Of a stretch of 64,000 nucleotides of DNA, positions 37,043 through 50,782 are shown piece by piece. Numbering within the stretch: the first letter of the stretch is position 1; each line of letters begins with the position of its first letter. Source of the stretch: an uncultured delta proteobacterium (lineage in GTDB: Bacteria > Desulfobacterota > BSN033 > UBA1163); assembly GCA_963806715.1 (NCBI GenBank), contig CAWEAV010000033.1, positions 9,501 through 73,500 of the forward strand. The letters run 5' to 3'. The position numbers and the translations under genes are program-made. The notes beneath the pieces were generated by a model. That model saw only the letters and a program-made list of their open reading frames with translations, had not been told where the DNA came from and made no database searches.

Positions 37043-37792
37043 TTGTTCGACCAAAACCAAGGAAATTCTATGGTTCGCTATCCGCATCATGGGAGGTGCC
37101 GAATGGCAAAGCTTTCTATCTCATTATTCGCATTTCTTTTGTTTACTTTTTCCAGCGTATGTCTGGCTGAGGAGTTGATATTTCCTTTTACGGTAGATCA
37201 AAACACAAAGAATGAAGATATAAACCAGCTCCCAGTGCACAAAGACATACAGACCGACAAATGGTTCATGAGTCCGCCGACTCGCCTTGAGTTATTGACT
37301 TACGCAATTGATCAATATTTTCAAAAGAAGGTTGCAGATCTCTGGCACATGATAACAATCGAGGAATATTTTGAACAGCAATCCCCTTACAGTTCTGTTC
37401 GAGCAGAAGCAGACGTGGATTTTTACAGTGCCAAAGATGTGTTTGTTGCTAAGGTTAGAGTAACAGGCCTTGGCAAACCTAAGAAACCTATGAAAGAGGT
37501 CTGCTCTGAGGTTTTGAATTTAATGGATTCTTCTTTGAAGGGTGGTGGTTATCTTTATCAGAATACATTTCTCAGGGCCTTCATCCAAGGAGACCCGCGC
37601 GACCCAGAAGTTGTCCGCATTGCCGAGAAATTGCGGAAGAAGTTTTTGGTTGTGGTCATTCTCGAAGCGAAATTTGACAAAGAGAAACATGCAGATGCGA
37701 TACCACGAGACTTCTACACGATGCAGTGTTATAAGTCGCCTGAAGAAAAGGAGGTTCACTATTCAAAGCGAACATTTAGGCTGGAGCGGTAA
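37043..37792 (+). CDS. Secreted hypothetical protein (signal peptide; start probably 37103)
   Basis: MAKLSISLFAFLLFTFSSVCLA signal peptide. A GGTGTATATT motif lies about 100 nt upstream. Confidence 0.4.
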   Translation: MFDQNQGNSMVRYPHHGRCRMAKLSISLFAFLLFTFSSVCLAEELIFPFTVDQNTKNEDINQLPVHKDIQTDKWFMSPPTRLELLTYAIDQYFQKKVADLWHMITIEEYFEQQSPYSSVRAEADVDFYSAKDVFVAKVRVTGLGKPKKPMKEVCSEVLNLMDSSLKGGGYLYQNTFLRAFIQGDPRDPEVVRIAEKLRKKFLVVVILEAKFDKEKHADAIPRDFYTMQCYKSPEEKEVHYSKRTFRLER

Positions 37793-37907
37793 GCGGGAGA
37801 GGCACGAGCCGACGTCAAACGTTCGTGGGAACCGGACGCTTATCTGACTCGGACGATGAATAGTCAATTATTTTATGCATTGTTGTCGAAGGTTAGGCTA
37901 ATCGAAA

Positions 37908-38453
37908 ATGGCATCTCAAACAATAGATAAACTGGAAGCTGCCTGTCGGCAACTTAACACGGCAATATCTCTTTGGTTCAATGATGGAGATGCTGTTTCG
38001 ATCCACACCCTATCCTGCTCGGCCTATCAGATCGTTCATGATATTAACCACCGTCACGGGGGAAGGGATCTACTTTATGATACCCTTGTAATTAAGGATG
38101 AGTATCGCCGCCAGGCAATTAACCACCTGAAGCAGCACTACAACTTCTTTAAACATGCTGAGAACGACCCGGCCGAGACTATAGAGTTTGATCCGATTAT
38201 GACTGAAATATTCGTTATGTTTACATCACTGGGTTTAGAGCTTCTTGGTTGCGGCCCAGACGAAGTGCGAGGCGCATTTAACATTTACTATTTTCTGCGC
38301 AATCCTCATCTTCTGACTGATAAGGGCAAAGCGGTGTTCATTGACGCCGTTACAGAAGAAAGCCGCAAGTGTGCTCTCAATATGCCGAAGCAGCAGTTTT
38401 TCGAAACCTATACTCTTCTTTGTAAACAGCACTTCTCAGGTCCCGAACGATGA
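37908..38453 (+). CDS. Hypothetical protein
   Basis: 181 aa ORF; no family recognised. Confidence 0.3.
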   Translation: MASQTIDKLEAACRQLNTAISLWFNDGDAVSIHTLSCSAYQIVHDINHRHGGRDLLYDTLVIKDEYRRQAINHLKQHYNFFKHAENDPAETIEFDPIMTEIFVMFTSLGLELLGCGPDEVRGAFNIYYFLRNPHLLTDKGKAVFIDAVTEESRKCALNMPKQQFFETYTLLCKQHFSGPER

Positions 38454-39030
38454 GTTCCGAGGGGCGCGATAATGCTCGTTCGTGGGTTCAATCGCTACCC
38501 TGCATTTCATTTAGAAGAACTAAACCGCTGCGCGGTAGAAACAAAGGTTGGTGCGAAGCACCGTTTTTTTATTGATACCCGTTCAATTTGGTGTTAAAAT
38601 TCCTCTGTTGCTAAGTTTTGGCAACTTGTAACGGAAGTCCCCGATTGAAACCCCATAGGATAATCTCTCTTATTCGCGCAGCGGCTCTGTTCTTCATGCG
38701 TCAATCCAAAATAGAATCAACACCGTGAATTCACATGTTTTTCAATTTTATCACAACTTCGGATTGACGCTTATTCGAAATCCTCAATTTATGACTCAAT
38801 CTTATCCGCTCTCTTTGTAGGTGCAACCCGCATGCTTCCTCACATATAGCAAGAAGATGAGAGATGGGAGAACAAAAAATAAGTATGGGTGATTTTTTGA
38901 AATCTAAGGGAGCAGGTTGAAGAATTGATCAAAATTCATCTTAAGAACCCTTTCGCATTTTTTCTAAATTTCTTAGGGTAACTCCAAACTCATCATAAAT
39001 ACGAGACCCTCTTAAGTGGCGAATGGTTCC

Positions 39031-42000
39031 CTATTTTTCTTTGGGGGGAGTGGAAAGCATTTCAATCAGGTCCTCCCGGGAGAAGGTTTTCAATAAACCC
39101 GGATCATCTTCTATTACGATGCTGTCCATCAGGTTACGTTTTTTCTCAATAATCGCAGCAATCTTCTCCTCCAGTGTCCCTTCGGTCACCAGCTTGAAGA
39201 CCTGAACCCCTCGCCTCTGCCCGATCCGGTGAACCCGGTCGGTGGCCTGGTCCTCCTTTGCCGCATTCCACCAGCGATCGTAATGAATAACAACCGACGC
39301 CGCCACGAGGTCAATGCCTGCGCCTCCTGCCTTCAGGCTTCCCACATAAACCCGACAATCCGGATCTTCGTTAAATCGATTAACAATCTCCCCCCGCTTC
39401 AGACTTTGACCGGTGAGGGTAACGAAACCTACACCCATCCCTTGCAGGCAATGCTCTATGATCCTTATCATTCCTAAAAATTGGCTATAAACCACAACCT
39501 TCTGTCCACTGTCCAGGCTCTCCGAAAGGAGTTCTTTGAAAAGCTCCCATTTGCCGGATTCGTATCGCTCAAAATCTTCTACTTTCCGCTCAATCAGGGC
39601 CGGATGGTTGCAGATCTGTTTAAGCAAACTGAGCAAAGCAAAGATGTGCATATATGGGATCGGTTCCTCACTTCTCTTCAGAACATCGACCAGTCCTTTA
39701 CCTCTTGAAGAGATGGCATCCCTATAAAGCTTAATTTGATCGTCACTGAGGCTACATGTCCTTATGTCCTCAATCTTCTTGGGAAGCTCCTCAAGGACCG
39801 TTTTCTTGAGACGGCGCAGCGTGAAAGGCGATATCAGTCTGCCCAGGACCTGCCGTTTTTCACTCGAAAGTTCCATTTCAATGGATTTGACATATCTTGA
39901 ATTGAAATCCTCGTCAGTTCCCAGGTAACCAGGAACGGTCAGGTCGAAAAGGGCTTTCAGCTCGATCAGGCTGTTTTCGATGGGGGTTCCTGTAAGGCCA
40001 AGTTTCATGGATGCCCTGAGAGATCTGGCTGCTTCATAAGCAAGAGTCTGGGGGTTCTTGATGTTCTGTATTTCATCAAACACGACAAGGGAAAAAGGGA
40101 TGCGTCTTAACTCCTCAATATCATTCCGGAGGATACCATAAGAGGTAAGAATCACATGGTTACCCTCAAGTGCATCCTGGAGGTTGCGTTCTCCTCCATG
40201 AAAAACTGCTGTTTTCAAGACTGGAGCGTGGACAGATATTTTCTGGTACCAGTGGCTCAGGACCGTTGTGGGACAGACAACCAGAAATGGCCCCTTTACG
40301 TCTTTATGTTCCAATAAAGACACTATGAACGCCATTACTTCATGGGTTTTTCCCATTCCCATGTCATCGCACAGGAGACCTCCGAGGCCGTTTTCGAAAA
40401 GGAAGAGGAGCCATTCCACCCCTATTTTCTGGTAAGCCCTCAAGGTTGAAGCTAATCCTTTAAGTTCCTGCAAGGGTTGTGCAGGCCTCAGTTCAAGCAC
40501 TCTATTTAAGAGGAGGGCCGTATCCCCATCACCTGTCACCTCAATGGGGCGAGAAGTAGAAGCCTTGAGGCGAAGCAGGTCCATCCTGGAAAACCTCACC
40601 CGGTTTGCACGATCAACCCTTTGCTCCGTTGTAATTTGATTCAGAATGGGATCCAATCCTTCAAACTCCTCGGATTGGCAGTCTACCCATCCATCGCTGG
40701 TGGGGATAAAATGCTGGCCTTCTTTCTTTGCCCGAAGGATTTCCGCAAGAGAAATAGTCGAATTGCCAAAACCATACTCGAACGAAAGCCAACACCAATC
40801 CCGGTCGATGGTCTCAGGAGTTACCTTAATTTCATCAAATCGGGTGTAGATCTTGAGCCGTTTCACCGAGGCATCGATGATGTGGGAGCCGCCTTGAAGT
40901 TCATCCCCAAATTCTTGCAGGAAACTGGGGACCTGGGATTTCTTGAGCACCATCTTAATGGGTGCTGCAAACCTGCGTTGCAGATTTCCTTGGGGCTCCA
41001 ATTCAGCCAGTAGACTCAACTCCTTGATATAGACCAAATCGCCGTACCGGAAACGTTCCAGATCTTCTCTTTCAAAGAACCTTGCTTCACCATCCTCCTG
41101 GAGGATCTGAATGATAGGCCGGACCTCCAGATCCAGTTCTGTTGTTGCTGAAATTTTGAAGATCGATTTAAGAGGAACAGGGTGGATCATCAGGCCGTGC
41201 TGGTTTGGGATGAACTCACTGAAAGCAGCGAGTAATTTTTTCACTTTCTCCCGTGGAACGACAATTCGAAAAACGGGGTCGCTTCCAGAATGTCTGCAGG
41301 CAATTGTAAAAGCGCCGGAATTCTCTTCAATAGCCGGATGAAATGCAATTTCTTCTTCTCCGAATTCACGAAAGCAGTGATAGGCAATTCGGTACCAAAC
41401 ACTTTCTTCCAAGACCCATCGAAGGGTTTTATAACCACATTCCCCCATGACCCTTTCCTCATCCGATCGTGTCATGCGGCCAAGTTCGTCCAAGAGGGCG
41501 CCTCTGTGGGGTACGGTATTCTCCTTTGGAACCTGACCCAGTCGCTCCAGAAGACGTGATTCATCAGGGGTTTTTGAAAGATAGGAGAGAATCTCCTGAC
41601 CATCGGAACCGACTACCCTGAGAGTGGAACCACCTTCCGAATCAACAAACTGGAGACGGACTGACTTCAAGGTCTCCTGGCATTTGTCAGCAAGGATGGT
41701 TGCCAAACGATACCAGAGACTTGACCGGAAGGCCTCATTTGGGGGTTTTCCTTTATATTTTTTCTGGAGAGCTTTGTAAGATTCAACCAGCTTCAGAATG
41801 TGTGGGCAGGTTTGCTTTTTAGCGATTAAACAGGAACAGATTCTTATGTCGGGATCTCTTGAACTGCCTTTTAGAAAATAGGCAACGCCAGGCCTTCTAT
41901 CGGATAGATCGGGTACAAAGGCCAATCCATGGCGATGGAATTCAATCCGGTGAAGGTCGGCCTCGGAAGAATTCGATTCCCCGTTCTCGGGCTCTTTTTT

Positions 42001-42045
42001 TGAATGGCGATTGACAGGGGAGGAAGTTCTGCGGGAATGGGACAC
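39031..42045 (-). CDS. SNF2-family helicase with N-terminal SWIM zinc finger
   Basis: 1004 aa; SWIM CSCLIAKKQTCPH; SNF2 motifs LCDDMGMGKT, VVFDEIQNIKN, LTGTPIEN; helicase C (VVVYSQF...DRVHRIGQ). Confidence 0.85.
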   Translation of the reverse strand: MSHSRRTSSPVNRHSKKEPENGESNSSEADLHRIEFHRHGLAFVPDLSDRRPGVAYFLKGSSRDPDIRICSCLIAKKQTCPHILKLVESYKALQKKYKGKPPNEAFRSSLWYRLATILADKCQETLKSVRLQFVDSEGGSTLRVVGSDGQEILSYLSKTPDESRLLERLGQVPKENTVPHRGALLDELGRMTRSDEERVMGECGYKTLRWVLEESVWYRIAYHCFREFGEEEIAFHPAIEENSGAFTIACRHSGSDPVFRIVVPREKVKKLLAAFSEFIPNQHGLMIHPVPLKSIFKISATTELDLEVRPIIQILQEDGEARFFEREDLERFRYGDLVYIKELSLLAELEPQGNLQRRFAAPIKMVLKKSQVPSFLQEFGDELQGGSHIIDASVKRLKIYTRFDEIKVTPETIDRDWCWLSFEYGFGNSTISLAEILRAKKEGQHFIPTSDGWVDCQSEEFEGLDPILNQITTEQRVDRANRVRFSRMDLLRLKASTSRPIEVTGDGDTALLLNRVLELRPAQPLQELKGLASTLRAYQKIGVEWLLFLFENGLGGLLCDDMGMGKTHEVMAFIVSLLEHKDVKGPFLVVCPTTVLSHWYQKISVHAPVLKTAVFHGGERNLQDALEGNHVILTSYGILRNDIEELRRIPFSLVVFDEIQNIKNPQTLAYEAARSLRASMKLGLTGTPIENSLIELKALFDLTVPGYLGTDEDFNSRYVKSIEMELSSEKRQVLGRLISPFTLRRLKKTVLEELPKKIEDIRTCSLSDDQIKLYRDAISSRGKGLVDVLKRSEEPIPYMHIFALLSLLKQICNHPALIERKVEDFERYESGKWELFKELLSESLDSGQKVVVYSQFLGMIRIIEHCLQGMGVGFVTLTGQSLKRGEIVNRFNEDPDCRVYVGSLKAGGAGIDLVAASVVIHYDRWWNAAKEDQATDRVHRIGQRRGVQVFKLVTEGTLEEKIAAIIEKKRNLMDSIVIEDDPGLLKTFSREDLIEMLSTPPKEK

Positions 42046-42298
42046 GGCTACACACGCTTTTTATCCGGCTTCTCACTTCAACTTTCAGGACATCACCCCA
42101 AAACAAGAAGCCAATGATGACACCTTAATGATGGCACAATCGTCATCTCTTTTCAAAAGCAGCTCGGATCTCTCTCTTCACCCAAATCCACCCCGACCAG
42201 GTAATGGAACCTCTTCCGTTTCGCAGCTTTCCTGGCAAGCTGTTTCTGACGCCTTTTCTGATCAATGGCCATCTCCGATTCTCCTCACTTTGAGCTTC

Positions 42299-44293
42299 TT
42301 ACCCCATTTTTAATTCCAGTTCTTCAAGACGATGTATCCGATCCCTTAGTTCTGCGGCCCGCTCGAATTCCAACTGACTCGCCGCTTCCTTCATCTCCTT
42401 TTTTAACTTCTGGATGAGATTGGGAACCTCTTTGACAGACCCATACTCTTCCTTCACATCGGAGACGGTTGGAATAGTGAAGTAATCTGATTCATAGATT
42501 GAAGCCAGGATATTCCGGATCGATTTCTTGATGGTCTGTGGGGTAATTTGGTGAACCTGGTTATACTCTTCTTGAATTTTTCTCCTCCGGTTTGTCTCAA
42601 GAATGGCCTGACCCATGGACCCGGTCATTTTATCCGCATAGAGGATCACCTTCCCGTTTACGTTTCGCGCAGCCCGGCCAAAGGTCTGGATTAAGGACTT
42701 TTCTGATCTCAGGAAGCCTTCCTTGTCCGCATCCAGGATGGCCACAAGGGAAACCTCTGGAAGGTCGAGACCTTCCCGCAAAAGATTGATGCCGATGAGA
42801 ACGTCAAATTTTCCGAGTCGAAGCTCTCTGATAATTTCGATCCGGTCGAGCGTATCGATATCCGAGTGGAGATATTTCACCTGAATTCCAAGGTCAGCAT
42901 AATATTCGGTCAGGTCCTCGGCCATCCGCTTGGTGAGGGTTGTGACAAGGACTCGCTCCTTCTTCTTCACTCGCTTGCGTATCTCTTCCAGAAGATCATC
43001 GACCTGGTTTTTGGCAGGCTTTACTTCAAGGGAAGGATCAATCAACCCAGTAGGCCGGATGATTTGTTCCACCACCCTCCCCTGACATTTCTTCATCTCA
43101 TACTCGCTGGGAGTGGCCGACACATAGATGACCTGGCGGACCCTTTCATGAAACTCTTCGAACTTGAGTGGCCTGTTGTCCAGTGCCGAAGGGAGGCGAA
43201 ATCCATATTCCACCAGGGTCTCTTTTCGCGACCGGTCTCCCCGGTACATCCCGATTAATTGAGGAAGGGTCACATGGCTTTCATCGATGAAGAGAAGGTA
43301 GTCTCTGGGAAAATAATCAAGTAAAGTAGGAGGAGGTTCTCCGGGTCTCCTTCCGGTGAGATGGCGGGAGTAGTTTTCGATCCCCTGGCAGTAACCGAGT
43401 TCCTTAAGCATCTCCAAGTCAAATCTTGTCCGCTGCTCCAGTCGCTGGGCTTCGAGGAGTTGCTTCCGCGATTTGAACCATTCGAGCCTCTCCTTCAGTT
43501 CCTCCTGGATTGTTTGGATAGAGATCCTCATCCGGTCCGGAAAAGTGACATAGTGACTGCCAGGGTAGATAGGGAGCTTGTCAAGGGCCTGGATGATCTT
43601 TCCTCTTAAAGGATCGATTTCTGATAGGGCCTCCACCTCATCCCCGAAGAGTTCAATGCGAATGGCCTGTTTTTCTTCGTGGGCTGGAAAGACATCGATG
43701 ACGTCCCCTCGAACCCGGAAGGTCCCCCGGTGAAAGTCGATATCATTTCGCTCATATTGGATCTCCACCAGTTTGGAGAGGATCTGCTCCCGGGAGATCT
43801 CCATCCCTTTTTCCAGGTAGAGAAGCATCCCATGATAAGCCTCCGGTGAACCCAGGCCATAGATACAGGACACACTGGCAACGATGATGACATCGTTTCT
43901 CTCCAGAAGGGAACGGGTGGCAGAGTGCCGCATCTTATCGATGTCCTCATTGATCAGCGTGTCCTTCTCAATGTAGGTATCCGTGGATGGAATATAGGCC
44001 TCGGGCTGATAATAATCATAATAGCTGACAAAGTATTCAACAGCGTTCTCTGGAAAGAGTTCTTTAAATTCACCATAGAGCTGGGCGGCGAGGGTCTTAT
44101 TATGGGAAAAGACCAGGGTAGTTTTTTGAACCCTCTCGATTACATTCGCCATCGTAAAGGTCTTTCCAGAGCCTGTCACACCCAGAAGGACCTGATGAGA
44201 AACCCCTTTTAGAACGGCTTCGGTCAACTTCTCAATGGCCTGGGGCTGATCACCTTTTGGCTGGAAATCGGAGACGAGTTTGAATTGGGTCAT
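42299..44293 (-). CDS. uvrB: Excinuclease ABC subunit B
   Basis: 664 aa; [29 protein letters not shown]-terminal UVR domain. Confidence 0.95.
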   Translation of the reverse strand: MTQFKLVSDFQPKGDQPQAIEKLTEAVLKGVSHQVLLGVTGSGKTFTMANVIERVQKTTLVFSHNKTLAAQLYGEFKELFPENAVEYFVSYYDYYQPEAYIPSTDTYIEKDTLINEDIDKMRHSATRSLLERNDVIIVASVSCIYGLGSPEAYHGMLLYLEKGMEISREQILSKLVEIQYERNDIDFHRGTFRVRGDVIDVFPAHEEKQAIRIELFGDEVEALSEIDPLRGKIIQALDKLPIYPGSHYVTFPDRMRISIQTIQEELKERLEWFKSRKQLLEAQRLEQRTRFDLEMLKELGYCQGIENYSRHLTGRRPGEPPPTLLDYFPRDYLLFIDESHVTLPQLIGMYRGDRSRKETLVEYGFRLPSALDNRPLKFEEFHERVRQVIYVSATPSEYEMKKCQGRVVEQIIRPTGLIDPSLEVKPAKNQVDDLLEEIRKRVKKKERVLVTTLTKRMAEDLTEYYADLGIQVKYLHSDIDTLDRIEIIRELRLGKFDVLIGINLLREGLDLPEVSLVAILDADKEGFLRSEKSLIQTFGRAARNVNGKVILYADKMTGSMGQAILETNRRRKIQEEYNQVHQITPQTIKKSIRNILASIYESDYFTIPTVSDVKEEYGSVKEVPNLIQKLKKEMKEAASQLEFERAAELRDRIHRLEELELKMG

Positions 44294-44495
44294 AGAATTA
44301 TTCTAAAACAAAAAGGGAGGGAGAGAAATGGTTAGGCATGGTGAGAGGTGTCTTTGATCCGTCCGGATTAAAACGTTCCATTGAAATATGCTCTCTTTCT
44401 GAAGCAAATGGAAACCCAACAGTTCTAAAGTTTTCCTTTCAAAGACCGCAGAGAGGTCCCACGGGCAATCTTGATGGTCGGTACAGAGGCCGACC

Positions 44496-46025
44496 CTACT
44501 TTTCGGTCGGAGAGGATGAAGCCGGTTCGCTGTGGTTGTTGTTGGGCTCTGGTTTCAACTTTTTCTGGATACCGGTGGAATAGACAACTATGGCGGCCTC
44601 GCCCTCAACCGGACACTTGTTCTCGCAGATGCCGCACCCGGTGCACTTCTCTTCTTTGACGCTCGGACGTTTCTTCTCGTCTCCCACGATAGCCTGATAG
44701 GAGCACTGCTCATTGCAGACGAGACAGATTTTGTCCGTATCCCATGCGATGCACCGGGTTTTATTGATGTGAGCCACCCCCATCTGGATCAGCCGTTTTT
44801 CTTCGAGTGTAACCGGCTGGATTGCCTCGGTGGGGCAGACCCTTCCGCAGAAATTACAAAATTCCTCGCAGTAACCGATCCTGGGGACAAGCCTTGGCGT
44901 GTAAAGACCGGCCAGACCCGCTTCCAGGAAAGTCGATTGGAGCGCATTATTGGGACAAACCTTCAAGCATTCTCCACACCCTGTGCACGCAGCAACGAAT
45001 CTCTCTTCCGGCAGGGAACCGGGGGGACGAATCAGCCGGTTATTGGTTCGTCCGCTCTCTGACTGGAGGGGATTCGATTTGATCACCAAAGACGAAGCCA
45101 AACCAAAGGCAAAGGACCCCAAAACATACCTTCTCGATAGATTCACTCCTTCCACTGTTTTCCATTGCGGCGAAACAAAATGAAAGGAGACAGCCCCAGG
45201 AGGACAATCAAGGCATTTGAAACAGGAGATGCAGTCCTGTTGACGGTATTGATCCGGCATCTCCTCCGGAATCACCCCGACAGAACATCCTCTGACACAC
45301 TTCTGGCAATGAGTGCAGCCATCCGTCACAAACCTTCTCAAGATTCGGATTCGGGAGCAGATCGACAGGAGCGTGCCCAAGGGACACAGGTAGCGGCACC
45401 AGAACCGTTTCCGAATCACTCCAAGAGCAAGAATCAGAATAAAAAAGATGAAAATAAAGAGGTTGACCTTAAAGAGAGGAAGTGGAAATGTCGAAAAGAG
45501 GGTCGAATTTCCGGGAAGAAGTTTTTGAACTGGTGTCAGAAGATGGTTGTACACATAGATTGCAGGAGGGTAAAAGGCGATGACCAGACTTCGGGTGATG
45601 AGACTGATCGGGTCCAAAAGATACATGACCTGGAAGGCCATCAGACCTGTCGTTAAGGCAAAGATGAAGACCCCATAGCGGAACCTCCGGAGGGATCGAT
45701 CGTTGAGAGGCTTTGACCGCTTCCTCTCCCGAAAAAGAACCTGGTCAAAAAAATCAATCGCGGTTCCCATCGGGCAGAACCATCCACAGAAAAAATTACC
45801 AAAGATGAAAACGAAAAGAAGAACCCCAAAAGCTGGCAACATCCTCCAAATAACTTCTTTCTGGGTGAAGAGGGAGATCATCGCGATGAAGGGATCGAGT
45901 CGAAGGAAGAGATCGACAGGAATCTTTAACTCCAGGGGAAAGGCCGTATGAAGAACAAGATAGAGGAGAAAACAGAAAGAGAGGGTCTGGATCGTCCTCC
46001 TCAGGTAAGGAATTACTTTGGTCAT
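44496..46025 (-). CDS. Membrane-bound polyferredoxin (NapH/MauN/CcoG-like 4Fe-4S protein)
   Basis: 509 aa; TM helices plus CGWFCPMG and several CxxCxxCxxxCP motifs. Confidence 0.7.
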   Translation of the reverse strand: MTKVIPYLRRTIQTLSFCFLLYLVLHTAFPLELKIPVDLFLRLDPFIAMISLFTQKEVIWRMLPAFGVLLFVFIFGNFFCGWFCPMGTAIDFFDQVLFRERKRSKPLNDRSLRRFRYGVFIFALTTGLMAFQVMYLLDPISLITRSLVIAFYPPAIYVYNHLLTPVQKLLPGNSTLFSTFPLPLFKVNLFIFIFFILILALGVIRKRFWCRYLCPLGTLLSICSRIRILRRFVTDGCTHCQKCVRGCSVGVIPEEMPDQYRQQDCISCFKCLDCPPGAVSFHFVSPQWKTVEGVNLSRRYVLGSFAFGLASSLVIKSNPLQSESGRTNNRLIRPPGSLPEERFVAACTGCGECLKVCPNNALQSTFLEAGLAGLYTPRLVPRIGYCEEFCNFCGRVCPTEAIQPVTLEEKRLIQMGVAHINKTRCIAWDTDKICLVCNEQCSYQAIVGDEKKRPSVKEEKCTGCGICENKCPVEGEAAIVVYSTGIQKKLKPEPNNNHSEPASSSPTEK

Positions 46026-46996
46026 GTCGCACTGACTTTCTTTACCCGAACTTTTGAGAGATCGATCTCTCCCAGCCCATGATCATAGGCATATTTAACA
46101 AACCGGATCTCTTCTGGCCTGAAGGGCTTTCCTGTCTTCGGGTTCTTGAAAAAGCCTGCTCCGTAGGCATCCAGGGCCACAATATCGGTGGAGGCAATGA
46201 CTTCGCCAAGGTCTTCCGTTTTGCCAGGCCCCTTTGGGCCGTTGGTGGTTAGAATCCGAATTGCATCCATTACGACCAGGTCCGGTTTCCGGAGCGTATT
46301 GACATCAGCGATGCACTGATGGAGGTCGATCTTATGGAGCTGTTCCATGTCCCAGACAATCCCAATCAGGTTCTTCATCCCGAGAGTGAGCTCCGTCGCA
46401 AAATGCTGCTTGGGAATAGGAAAATTGATAAAGACATCGGATTCGAGGATATCCCTGAGGATTTCGGCGGTCTTCAGTTTCTTCCCTTTCGGAATCTCCA
46501 CCTGCTTGTAGACGTTTCTCCCATGACCGGATAAGACATCCGCACCGGCCTTCTGGCCCGCCTCTTTTAACCCGGACCTTGAGAAGCAAAACTGATAATT
46601 GTCGCACGTATGGTCCCAAACGGCCACGTGCTTGGCCCCTGCTTCATAGCACATCTTGATCAGAACCATCATCAACTCTGGATTATTGGTACAGGCCTGT
46701 TCAGGCGTTCTCGCCCAGGCGATGTTTGCCTTGATTGCAACTCTCTGTCCCTTTTTTACAAACCGGCCCATTCCTCCCAAAGGGGCCATCGCTGCCTGAA
46801 GGAGCTGCGTAGGAGATCCAGTCTTGGCAATGACGAGGTCACTCTCTGTAGCCGCATGGGCAAGGGATCCATAAAAGGGAAGCTTACCCGACAAGAGAGG
46901 GAGGGTTGCAGCAACGGCTGCTCCCTTGACAAACTGTCTCCGTGTGATCTTCTTTTCTGGAGAATGAGCCATGAAATCAATTCCTCCTTTACTCAA
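46022..46996 (-). CDS. DUF362-domain protein with Tat signal
   Basis: RRQFVKGAAVAATLP twin-arginine motif; remainder DUF362-like. Confidence 0.6.
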   Translation of the reverse strand: MSKGGIDFMAHSPEKKITRRQFVKGAAVAATLPLLSGKLPFYGSLAHAATESDLVIAKTGSPTQLLQAAMAPLGGMGRFVKKGQRVAIKANIAWARTPEQACTNNPELMMVLIKMCYEAGAKHVAVWDHTCDNYQFCFSRSGLKEAGQKAGADVLSGHGRNVYKQVEIPKGKKLKTAEILRDILESDVFINFPIPKQHFATELTLGMKNLIGIVWDMEQLHKIDLHQCIADVNTLRKPDLVVMDAIRILTTNGPKGPGKTEDLGEVIASTDIVALDAYGAGFFKNPKTGKPFRPEEIRFVKYAYDHGLGEIDLSKVRVKKVSAT

Positions 46997-47082
46997 ATTT
47001 CAGATTTTGGATTGCAGGTTGTAACAATTTGAAGGTCTCTTCTTTTATTCCGTAATCCGCATTCTGAAATCTACAATTTTGC

Positions 47083-48165
47083 TTAGGGACCAAGAATGAG
47101 TCTGGACGCTCCCTTATCCGTTCCAAACCAGATACTGTTTTTATCCTCGGCAGCATAGAATACCGTGTTGCTCAGCAATCCATCGGTGACAGACAGAGAT
47201 TCCCACTGACCGGTGGTTAGATCATAAAAGCTCACACCATTGTCCCTGCACACCCATACCCTATCCTTAGCTGCAACAAGGGTGTTAATCGCTCCATTCT
47301 TCAGTGGATCTGTGGATTCTAATTTCTTCCAGCGGTCTGCTCCCGGTTCGTATTCGAAGAGAGACCCCCCGATCCCCCCTGCCCATATTCGCTCTCCAAT
47401 TTTGGCCAAGGACTTCATCTCTGTTTCTGTAAGTCCTTCTTTATGACCATAGGTCTTCCATGTCTTCTTCGACTTCTGAAACCGGCTGATCCCGCTATTG
47501 GTGCCCATCCATAGGGAGTCAGACTGGACAAGGATGGCATTCACAAAATTTCCAGAAAGACCGTTCTGGGTAGAATAAAAAACCTTCCAACCTTCTGTCT
47601 TTCTGTCGATCTGAGAGAGTCCCTTTTCAGACCCTATCCAGACCCATTCGCCATCGACTGCCATCGAAACTACTTTCTTGGCCCGTCCATTATTGGTGTT
47701 GAAAGATTTCCAGGGTGGATTCTTTTGAGGCTGAAAATAAGAGATCCCACCCCCGCCAAACCCATAGAAGTAGGTCCCAAACCAGATCCGATCGATATCC
47801 GGAACGATGGCGGATACATGATTATAAGAAAGAAGATTTTTCCATTTGATACTTTCCCCGTTGTCCACTTTCTCCATGGGGTCTCCTTTGGTGGTATAGG
47901 CCTTCCATACCTTCCTGGCTCTTTCATAGAGGGTCGCTCCGCCTCCATAGGTTCCAAACCAAACCTCTTCCCCCTGAATTGCGATGACTAAGACCATTTC
48001 ACTCGACAAACCCTCTTTGGGGGTGAAATGTTGAAAGGACAAGGGTCTCTTTAACGGGCTAGCGCCTGCCTTGCAGCAAAAGAGACAAACCAGGGCAAGT
48101 GGTGCAAGCATACAGAATATTCCCAATCGTTTCATCATAATCCTCGCAAAAAAAATATACATCAA
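47083..48165 (-). CDS. Secreted beta-propeller repeat protein (two-component-regulator-propeller-like repeats)
   Basis: Signal peptide; repeated motifs (VWFGTYGGG, IWFGTYF, VWIGSEKGL, LWMGTNSGI, IWAGGIGGS, VWVCRDNGV, IWFGTDKGA). Confidence 0.55.
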   Translation of the reverse strand: MMYIFFARIMMKRLGIFCMLAPLALVCLFCCKAGASPLKRPLSFQHFTPKEGLSSEMVLVIAIQGEEVWFGTYGGGATLYERARKVWKAYTTKGDPMEKVDNGESIKWKNLLSYNHVSAIVPDIDRIWFGTYFYGFGGGGISYFQPQKNPPWKSFNTNNGRAKKVVSMAVDGEWVWIGSEKGLSQIDRKTEGWKVFYSTQNGLSGNFVNAILVQSDSLWMGTNSGISRFQKSKKTWKTYGHKEGLTETEMKSLAKIGERIWAGGIGGSLFEYEPGADRWKKLESTDPLKNGAINTLVAAKDRVWVCRDNGVSFYDLTTGQWESLSVTDGLLSNTVFYAAEDKNSIWFGTDKGASRLILGP

Positions 48166-48453
48166 ATATGACCAATTAAGCCCAATTTTTCAATATCTCG
48201 AGGCACATAAAAAAATATAAATTTCTACGTCCTTCACCTTGACAACCGATTTTAGGATGCTTATTTTAATGCCGTGATTTAACTTACCTTAATTGTTAAT
48301 CTTGTTTTTAACCAAAAAGTTAATAAGTATTTGATTCTGTTTAGCTTATCAGTAAGCGGGGAGGTGATGTGTTGAGATAATGAGCTTTTAATTCGTCTAT
48401 CTAATCAAATTTTTACATCCATTCGAAAATAAGGAAGAAAGGAGACGTAGAAG

Positions 48454-48747
48454 ATGAAAATTAGACCATTACAGGACAGAATTATTGTCAAACGAGTTGA
48501 GGAGGAAGACAAGACAAAAGGTGGAATCATCATCCCTGATTCCGCAAAAGAGAAACCTCAAGAAGGAAAAGTGATCGCTGTAGGCAAGGGGAAAATGACA
48601 GAAGATGGAAAACTAATCCCTCTCGACGTGAAAGTGGGCGACCGGATTCTTTTTGGCAAATATTCCGGGACCGAGGTCAAGATTGAGGGTGAAGAGCATC
48701 TCATCATGAGAGAAGAAGACATCTTAGGAATTATTGAAGGGAAATGA
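48454..48747 (+). CDS. groES: Co-chaperonin GroES
   Basis: 97 aa; [44 protein letters not shown]. Confidence 0.95.
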   Translation: MKIRPLQDRIIVKRVEEEDKTKGGIIIPDSAKEKPQEGKVIAVGKGKMTEDGKLIPLDVKVGDRILFGKYSGTEVKIEGEEHLIMREEDILGIIEGK

Positions 48748-48776
48748 CAACCCAAATTTAAAAAGAATGGAGGTAG

Positions 48777-50428
<1,652 letters not shown>

Positions 50429-50782
50429 AGTTGTCCATTGTCAATAGAGTTTCAAAAAGGCCAGAGATAATTCTCTGGCCTTTTCATTTAGGATTTCTTC
50501 TCAGATCCACCCATTTATATGGCTTTGAAAGGAACATTATCCGATGACAATCGTGCAACATTAAGGATGGCTAAAACTTTTTTCCCATTCCATTGTCTAT
50601 AGAGGAATGGAAAATAAAACAGAAGTCCTCTCAGGATGATATTCTAACTATTGAATATTAAATAGAAAGTTTATTTTCTTCTTGCATTTATGGATAAAGG
50701 GATTTAATATTCTGTTCGTATGTGACCCGGTTCCAAAGTAATCAGCGAAAATAGTCAGGAGATCGGAATTCTCCTGTTCATG

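Noticed and set aside
48166-48453. CIRCE heat-shock operator upstream of groES
   Set aside because: No TTAGCACTC-N9-GAGTGCTAA match found; only a weak TTGACA-N17-TATTTT promoter-like sequence.
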